Origin: a virus
Lineage: Duplodnaviria > Caudoviricetes
Length of the DNA: 48,797 bases
Direction: 5' to 3' (one strand)
IMG/VR virus record: IMGVR_UViG_3300048080_000334
Coordinates: 1 to 48,797 of that record
The position numbers and the translations under genes were made by a program. The notes below the pieces were generated by a model. That model had not been told where the DNA came from. It ran no database searches and was given only the letters and a program-made list of their open reading frames with translations. Positions 42,733-48,797 of the stretch are shown here, piece by piece. How positions within the stretch are numbered: the first letter of the stretch is position 1; the number at the start of each line of letters is the position of its first letter.

Positions 42733-44178
42733 CTAACCTGTTGGCCTCACCGCTGCGAGCTCGGCATTGGCTTGGACCATATTGGAGTCCTGGTTGTCGG
42801 GCCCTTTGGCCGCAACCCACCGACCTTCGGCGGCAAAGAGTTGCTTGAGCTGCTGGAACTCGGTGATGATGGCGAGATTGACGGGGGCCGCCGGGATGTC
42901 GATTGAAAGCACGTTGCGCTGGTCCTCGCGCCACCGGGCCAGTGCTTCGGGTTTGATAGCTCCGCCCGATGCCGAATTCTCCAGGTAGATCGGGCGTGGC
43001 ACCTTGTCGCTATTGGCCCCAACCGTTTCCACGGTGATGTTGGGGCGGCCGTTGGAGAACGCATAGCCGCCCTGTGCCGCAAGCCGCACCTGCGCTTGCT
43101 CAACAAAGGCTTTCTGACTCGCAATGGCGGCTGGAAACCTGGACGCGTAGTCCGCTCGGTTGCCGCCGGAATAGACAACCAAACTCACGCAAGAACGGCA
43201 CGAGCCGCAGGCTCCGGCCGGGGCCGCCGCGTCGCCACACCAGAAGAAGTCGGGCGGTTCGAGCCACACTTGATCGAACATCACGCCGTCGGCCGTGAGG
43301 GGGAGCATCGAATCAAGTATCGCCGTGCGCCGCCCGGAGTCGATTTGCGACCAGTCGATCAGCTCGCGGTATTCTTGCAGCCCGCCGCAGGGCGAAGTGT
43401 TTGGAAGGCAGAAGTGAACGAACTGACCGGCCGTCAATCCGGTCACGAAGCGAGCCCCCCATCCGATCTGTACCGTGGTCCGAAGAAACGACTTCCAGGC
43501 TTCGTCATCGCCGGCCGCGGCAAAGGGGAAGTCGAGGAGAGCGAAGTAGCGAAAGAACCGTTTGCCCTGGGCTCTGAGCATGTCTACGGTCGATAGCTCG
43601 ATATCGCTATGCCCGAAGGTGAATCCCTGGTAGTCGCCGTAGTTAAACGTGCCCATGCGGATCGCCGCCATATCGGCGCCCTCAAAGTGGCGCAGGATGA
43701 ATCCTTCAAGAGCGCCACCACCAGTACCTCCTCCGGTGGTGCCACCGCCTGTCGTGGCGACCAGGGCCGACCCTTCGGTGACGCCGCATTGCCCGTAGAC
43801 CACGCCATCGTCCTTCACGACGCGGAGTACGAACTGGTGCATAGCGCTCTGGGGATGGCGGCCGCGCGGGCGAATGAGCCCGAGGATGTCGTATGTCTCA
43901 TTGTTCTTGAGATCGTAGAAACGATCGCCCGTCATGAGGCTGTGGCCGTTGATCACCGGCTGTCCCAAGGCGCGATGGGTCGAATCGACGGCGTGCTCCC
44001 CGAGTTCGTGTATCCCGCGCTCCTGGTGATGCTCGGGATAAATCCGCACCCAATACCGTTGCACCAAGGTCTGCCAGTCCTGGTACGTGCCGCCCATGCC
44101 GTCGTTCCGCACCAGGCGGCGTTGGACGCACACGGTGCGATCCAGAAGCTGGGTCTTGTTAGTGGTGATGATCCCCAT
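42733..44178 (-). CDS. Head-closure (SPP1 gp16-like) protein fused to a glycoside-hydrolase-like domain
   Basis: N-terminal LLDRTV.VQR....DGMGG....W...GDR......YDI; Gly/Thr linker; C-domain paralogous to 4214-5158. Confidence 0.75.
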   Translation of the reverse strand: MGIITTNKTQLLDRTVCVQRRLVRNDGMGGTYQDWQTLVQRYWVRIYPEHHQERGIHELGEHAVDSTHRALGQPVINGHSLMTGDRFYDLKNNETYDILGLIRPRGRHPQSAMHQFVLRVVKDDGVVYGQCGVTEGSALVATTGGGTTGGGTGGGALEGFILRHFEGADMAAIRMGTFNYGDYQGFTFGHSDIELSTVDMLRAQGKRFFRYFALLDFPFAAAGDDEAWKSFLRTTVQIGWGARFVTGLTAGQFVHFCLPNTSPCGGLQEYRELIDWSQIDSGRRTAILDSMLPLTADGVMFDQVWLEPPDFFWCGDAAAPAGACGSCRSCVSLVVYSGGNRADYASRFPAAIASQKAFVEQAQVRLAAQGGYAFSNGRPNITVETVGANSDKVPRPIYLENSASGGAIKPEALARWREDQRNVLSIDIPAAPVNLAIITEFQQLKQLFAAEGRWVAAKGPDNQDSNMVQANAELAAVRPTG

Positions 44179-44191
44179 AGCGCCACTACCA

Positions 44192-45175
44192 CTACATCAC
44201 CGCGACCCGGGGCAGTCGGGGATATCCCGCCAGGATGGCATCGACGTCTGAGTAGCCGGTTTCGGCGTGCGTCTTGGCACCTTCAAAGATCTTGCGGAGC
44301 GTATAGCTGTAGTCCGTGCCGGCGTTCTCGGAGTCGATCGCGTTATAGGGCACGCCCGCGGGGTTGTCGCAGGCGGCGGCATACTTGACCAAGAGTCCGA
44401 CTGCCGCCTTAATGAGAAGCGGAGCCGTCGCATAGAGGCCCCAGGCCCCCGTGATCTCGACGTTCTGGAAGCCCGCTGGCCAACCGCACCCATTCGCACT
44501 CAGGCGCGAGAGAGAGCTGCGGCTAAACGGCCCCGGGATCACGTTCCCGATTGCGAGCATCGTTCCTGAGCCACTGATCCGAATGTCCTCGATTGCCTGA
44601 GTCTCAAACGAACTGTCGCAACGGAAGCGCACGCCGGAGACGGAGATGATCGGGTCCTGGATGTCCTGGACGGCCATACCCGAGCCGTCGAATACGCGCG
44701 CCTCGGTGATGGGCGTGAAGTATTGCCCCGTGATCTTCTCTGCCGTCGCCTGGGCCAGGGCGACGAGGACGGCGAGCTGGGCATCGGATAGCGTCGTCTC
44801 AGGCGGCAGGTAGGCCCTGACCTCAATAGGCGTGAGATAGCGCCCGACGCCGACGCCAGGGCCCGCCAGCGCTGGGAGGACGTAAAAGGTAAGCGTGAAC
44901 TGCTTCTCGGTCGCCCCCGTGGTCGAGGTCGCAAACCAGCGGTCGTTGTAGAGCGCTACGGCCTGGGTAGCACTCACCGCCCAGTCGACGTGGTACATGC
45001 CGGTCGAGTCGCGGATGATCGACCCCTGGGGGAAGGTTTCGACGGTAGCACCCGCCTGGTCGAGAATCAGGACCTGACGTACCTGGACGGGGTCGAACAG
45101 CGTCCCCGAGCGGCGGAACTGCATCCGTAGCTGTACCGTTTGCCCCTGGGCCGCAAGCGCGCGCTCGACTGCCAT
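44192..45175 (-). CDS. Head-tail adaptor (gp6/gp15-like) with an extra N-terminal Ig-like domain
   Basis: C-terminal half YLTPIEVRAYL...A....EKITGQYF...FDGSG...NVEITG.WG...P..IK.AV; N-terminal RDSTGMYHVDW...Y.DRW. Confidence 0.75.
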   Translation of the reverse strand: MAVERALAAQGQTVQLRMQFRRSGTLFDPVQVRQVLILDQAGATVETFPQGSIIRDSTGMYHVDWAVSATQAVALYNDRWFATSTTGATEKQFTLTFYVLPALAGPGVGVGRYLTPIEVRAYLPPETTLSDAQLAVLVALAQATAEKITGQYFTPITEARVFDGSGMAVQDIQDPIISVSGVRFRCDSSFETQAIEDIRISGSGTMLAIGNVIPGPFSRSSLSRLSANGCGWPAGFQNVEITGAWGLYATAPLLIKAAVGLLVKYAAACDNPAGVPYNAIDSENAGTDYSYTLRKIFEGAKTHAETGYSDVDAILAGYPRLPRVAVM

Positions 45176-45178
45176 CGC

Positions 45179-47008
45179 CTATCCCTCGTTTCCAGTGAAG
45201 GCCAGGTCGTCGGTGTCCTGGGCGATGTTGCCCATGATCGTGTCTCCCTGGTGGTCAGCCTTGGGCTCCTGCCACACGGCGTCGGCCACGGCCCCAGGCG
45301 AGGAGCCGCCGCCCGCCCCGTTCAGGGCCTCGCCCGTCGAGCCGAGGAGCAGATGGCCAGCCAGGATCTCGTCCCACACCTGGTCGGCGTTGGCGTTGGC
45401 GATCGCAGCATCTTGGGCCTCGACGTGGGAGCGCATCCGCCCGCCGTTGAGGGTAGCGGGCAGCCGCGTCTGGATATCGTTCGTATCCGCCAGAATGTCA
45501 TCGATCGTGTTCTGAGCCTCACCTGTGGTCCCCGCAGCGACGTGCCCGGCAAGGGCCTCATCCCAAACCTCGTCAACTATCTGATCGATATCGGCTGCGG
45601 AGAGGGTTGCCGAGGCTGCTCCCTGGGGCACGATGGCGACGACCGATGTAGCGTCGGGCACCGTCACCCAGGCGGGGCTCACCGTCGCCACGCGCGTTGC
45701 CCCGACGTAAGTGGTGATCGTCCTCGACTGTCCGACGCCCGTGCCCCCGCTGATGAATAGGAGGGCGTTGTTGTAGAAACTGTCGATGGCCGAAGCCCCA
45801 GCCGGGAGGGTGATGGTCGAGGCAGCTCCGGCGGTTGCGGTGCCCGAGAACAGCGACTGCAACCGTTGGCCGAAGGTGCCGACGGTGGTGTGGCCGTTTT
45901 GTAGCTCGTTCCAAACGGCGTCCACGATCTCGTCCACCGCGTCGGTAGCAAGTGCGTCCGCATCAATGGCCCCCGTAGCAATGACCGCAGCCGTGATGAC
46001 GCCAGCGTCCATCGCTTCCACATGCGAGCGCATCCGCCCTCCATTCAGCGTAGCGGGGAGGCGCGTCTGGATATCATCCGTATCGGCCTGGACGAGCGCC
46101 AGGGCGGCGGCCGTCGCCAACCCGGCCTGGATCTCCGTCACGGCGGACGCAGCGATAGCATCAGCGTCAATCGCATCAGTCGCTATAACTGCAGCTGTTA
46201 TGACTCCAGCGTCCATCGCCTCGACGTGACTCCGCATCCTTCCGCCAACGAGGCTTGCCGGGAGACGGGTTTGGATATCGTCGGTGTCGGCCAAGATGTC
46301 GTCGATGGCATTTTGGGCAAAGCCAGTCGTCCCCGCTGCCACATGACCAGCAAGCGCCTCATCCCAAACCTCATCGACGATCTGATCGATGTCGGCCGCA
46401 GTCAGGCTATACCCCGTCTTGTCGCCAACTACCTGGGCGTTGGCATCCACGCGCCCCGAGATCAAAGCATTCGGCGTGACACCCAGCCACTGACCGATAT
46501 CTGTTCTGGAGTTGGCGATGATTTCGTAGTTGTGGGTACCGACCGCAACTGTGGTCGCCGGGGCGAAGGTGATCGTGTCCGTTCCCGGAACGAATCCCGT
46601 AATGAGCCTCGTCTGCCCCATGAGGGTTCCCGAGGTGAACCGGATCGCGTCGCCCTTCCAATAGTCCGTATCAGCCTCGGTGCGGGCGGCATCCACCATC
46701 GTCGTCGTCGATCCCGAATCAGCGGTCCCATAGGCATCGGCCCTGGTCACAAAGTTGGCACCGACGGGGATGGCGCCCGTGGCCGTGAAGAGATAGCCAA
46801 CATAGTCGGCGTCGGTATCGGCAGCCGATGGATCGAATCGGTACTGACCGTTGCCAAGTTCCGTGATCGTTCCCGTAGCCGCTGCCTGGGCGGCGGCGTC
46901 GAGTCCTCTTCTTGCCGTAACCGTGGCGCCGGTTAGAGCCCCGCCCGTGTTCACATCGACCAATGCAAAGAAAACTCTTTGCCCTGCTTGGTTACGGCGC
47001 AACATCAT
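45179..47008 (-). CDS. Repeat-rich virion protein (collar or fibre-like)
   Basis: Ig-like N-domain (ELGNGQY); repeats DIDQIVDEVWDEALAGH and DT.DIQTRLPA.L.GGRMRSHVEA. Confidence 0.7.
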   Translation of the reverse strand: MMLRRNQAGQRVFFALVDVNTGGALTGATVTARRGLDAAAQAAATGTITELGNGQYRFDPSAADTDADYVGYLFTATGAIPVGANFVTRADAYGTADSGSTTTMVDAARTEADTDYWKGDAIRFTSGTLMGQTRLITGFVPGTDTITFAPATTVAVGTHNYEIIANSRTDIGQWLGVTPNALISGRVDANAQVVGDKTGYSLTAADIDQIVDEVWDEALAGHVAAGTTGFAQNAIDDILADTDDIQTRLPASLVGGRMRSHVEAMDAGVITAAVIATDAIDADAIAASAVTEIQAGLATAAALALVQADTDDIQTRLPATLNGGRMRSHVEAMDAGVITAAVIATGAIDADALATDAVDEIVDAVWNELQNGHTTVGTFGQRLQSLFSGTATAGAASTITLPAGASAIDSFYNNALLFISGGTGVGQSRTITTYVGATRVATVSPAWVTVPDATSVVAIVPQGAASATLSAADIDQIVDEVWDEALAGHVAAGTTGEAQNTIDDILADTNDIQTRLPATLNGGRMRSHVEAQDAAIANANADQVWDEILAGHLLLGSTGEALNGAGGGSSPGAVADAVWQEPKADHQGDTIMGNIAQDTDDLAFTGNEG

Positions 47009-48219
47009 GCCACCTCGGGGGCGAATCCATCGCCCAGGTTCCGCGCTCCGCGGATTTTCCGGTCTTCACAGATCAAGCTGACGTAGTTCACGTCTAGCGC
47101 GCCTACCGTACCAACCACCAGCGATGCACCAATTTCGTCATTGGCCGCAAAGTAATCTGCATTGGTGATGTCCTCGAATCGGCCGGTGGTCAAGGCGGGG
47201 ATAGTGACTACCGAGTTGCCGTTCGAACCGTTCTTCCGCAGACGGAAAATACTAGCTGTGACTGCCGCATTGGCCGTTGCCTGAATATGAAGAACAAAGG
47301 CTGTAAATGCAGTGTTTGCATCGACTGTTACCACGCTCTCCGTGGCCGAAACTCCCAGCTGACCGGCAATACTCAGGAAGTTGGTGCTTCCGGCCACTAG
47401 GGTTCTTGCCGTGACAGCGGCCACCTGAGCTTTGCGAGTGGTCGTCACCAATTCGACACCCATGCGGTAAACGATCGCACCGCCGCTGGTCCCGGTCGTT
47501 ATCGAGTAGTTCACCAAGTCTTCATCGGCGATGGTGTCGGTATTGACGGTGTCCTCGAAGATCCCCGTGGCCCCGGAGCCTACGCTCACGCTTTGCGCCC
47601 CGTTTGCACCATTGATTCTCGTTCTGAAGGTCGTAGTCGTGGTGCGAGCATTCGACTCGATCACCACAAGCAGATTCTTGAACGAACCGGCAAGGTTCAT
47701 CTTGATCTGGACCGCCGATTCCGTGGCGTTCAGATCCCCGATCCCGGTGATCCATGAATGCCGAGTCACGCTATCAGTCGAAAGCGATTGAGCAGGAGCG
47801 GTCACGTATCGGATGGCGGTATCGGTAGTCGCTGCCAGCAGAAAATAGAGAGATGAGTACGTGACAGTACCAGTGAATCCCGCGCGCGAACCCTCGAATG
47901 CAATTAGGTCTCCAGCTGCAACGGTATCTGTATTGACGACGTCCTCGAACTCTCCGGTAGCTCCCCCGGCGATAGAAAGAACCTGGTTGCCGTTGGCACC
48001 GTTCTTTCGGACCCGCATCGTTGTCGTACTTCCTGCGTCATTCGCTGTTACCCTCGCATAGAGATTGCTGGCCGTGCCGGCCGTTGCCCGATACGGTGTC
48101 TGCCGGTGGCTTTCCGTTGCCGACTGACTGGCGTCGCAAACACCGGCAACTGTATAGCGGAGCGCAGAGGTATTTAGAGCTGCGCCGACCGTGAATTGGA
48201 ACTGGTTGATCCGCGCCAT
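47005..48219 (-). CDS. Virion protein of three tandem beta-sandwich repeats
   Basis: R.NG.NG...(S/T)......TG.FED..N.D..A..D occurs three times, about 130 aa apart. Confidence 0.7.
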   Translation of the reverse strand: MARINQFQFTVGAALNTSALRYTVAGVCDASQSATESHRQTPYRATAGTASNLYARVTANDAGSTTTMRVRKNGANGNQVLSIAGGATGEFEDVVNTDTVAAGDLIAFEGSRAGFTGTVTYSSLYFLLAATTDTAIRYVTAPAQSLSTDSVTRHSWITGIGDLNATESAVQIKMNLAGSFKNLLVVIESNARTTTTTFRTRINGANGAQSVSVGSGATGIFEDTVNTDTIADEDLVNYSITTGTSGGAIVYRMGVELVTTTRKAQVAAVTARTLVAGSTNFLSIAGQLGVSATESVVTVDANTAFTAFVLHIQATANAAVTASIFRLRKNGSNGNSVVTIPALTTGRFEDITNADYFAANDEIGASLVVGTVGALDVNYVSLICEDRKIRGARNLGDGFAPEVA

Positions 48220-48222
48220 GAT

Positions 48223-48636
48223 CTAATCCACCAACACCAAGCCGACTCCAAACCGCGCATCCAACAAAAGCACCAATGATCTCTTCTCCGCTTGAGTCAA
48301 CGTGGGAACGTCGAGGTGAAGCGTCCGAGCGGCATCAAAGGACCAGCCCGGTTCCTTGCCACGCAAGAAGCGTCGAGACACGGCTCCGCTCTCGTCCGTG
48401 ACCTCTTCCCCAATCCGCAGCACATTTCCAAGAACGATATCTAGCGTCGCATTCTTCCTTGAGTTCTCTGCTACCACGGCCGGATAAGCCAGCTCGTCAG
48501 TCAATGCCACATGTTCCGGGCAGCGAGTAACCGCCCGCTTGAACGTATGTCGCCGCGTCTCGGCAGGCTCATCCGTATCCCACTCGTACTCAAACACACA
48601 GCGGCATGTATCAGGAGACCACCGAGTCGTGTTCAT
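48223..48636 (-). CDS. Hypothetical virion-associated or fibre-assembly protein
   Basis: 137 aa; GGGAGGG RBS. Confidence 0.65.
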   Translation of the reverse strand: MNTTRWSPDTCRCVFEYEWDTDEPAETRRHTFKRAVTRCPEHVALTDELAYPAVVAENSRKNATLDIVLGNVLRIGEEVTDESGAVSRRFLRGKEPGWSFDAARTLHLDVPTLTQAEKRSLVLLLDARFGVGLVLVD

Positions 48637-48651
48637 CTCTCATCCCTCCCT

Positions 48652-48797
48652 TTATGCCACCGCTGAGAACTGTGGCTCTGCAATCGGACGTGGAGCCGAA
48701 ACCGGCAGCCAGCGGCTGGTCCGCGCCCCAGGGCGCGACCAATTGCGCGGCGCCTCCAGCGGCCACGGGGGATGATTCCTGGTCACGAACTCGACCT
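48652..48797 (-). CDS. 3' end of a gene entering from outside the window
   Basis: Open frame ...VEFVTRNHPPWP...FSAVA ending at TAA 48652-48654. Confidence 0.4.
   Translation of the reverse strand, partial: VEFVTRNHPPWPLEAPRNWSRPGARTSRWLPVSAPRPIAEPQFSAVA

Noticed and set aside
45300-46420. Near-identical repeats as a DGR template/variable pair
   Set aside because: No reverse transcriptase in the window; differences are mainly synonymous rather than adenine-specific.
1-48797. Genome-wide stop-codon reassignment
   Set aside because: TGA, TAG and TAA all end conserved genes at the expected places; only one suspicious internal TGA.
1-48797. Complete circular genome or integrated prophage
   Set aside because: The ends do not overlap, the portal is cut, capsid and protease genes are missing, and no integrase, att site or host genes were seen.

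Overview
The window is most of the genome of a high-GC, long-tailed dsDNA phage, probably a siphovirus since no sheath gene is visible. A predicted outer-membrane beta-barrel cargo gene suggests a diderm host. A divergent early switch sits at about 18.7-19.2 kb. The leftward (minus) arm runs: annealing protein, RusA, replication initiator, AAA_25 helicase, about 25 small coupled accessory genes, TerS/TerL, a minimal PolX and the portal, which is cut at base 1. A short rightward arm (19.2-22.3 kb) carries small early genes. A minus-strand late block (48.8-22.3 kb) holds neck and tail genes, membrane/lysis genes, an 8-gene glycosyltransferase/methyltransferase/radical-SAM cluster and an intein-split endolysin. 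Capsid and protease genes probably lie outside the window, and no integrase or protein repressor was recognised. The best novelty candidate is a roughly 78-nt intergenic hairpin RNA (16183-16260, minus) with its own extended -10 and U-tract. Its 14-nt loop is complementary to an AACCGATG(GAGGAA) motif repeated over the ribosome-binding sites of both divergent early transcripts and several other early genes, which suggests an RNA-based master repressor. Other highlights are an intein at the endolysin catalytic Cys, a glycoside-hydrolase-like domain present both fused to the head-closure protein and as a membrane-anchored paralogue, a likely virion-glycosylation cluster, and repeated gene-boundary microhomologies. 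All family assignments come from motif recognition by eye, not from database searches.
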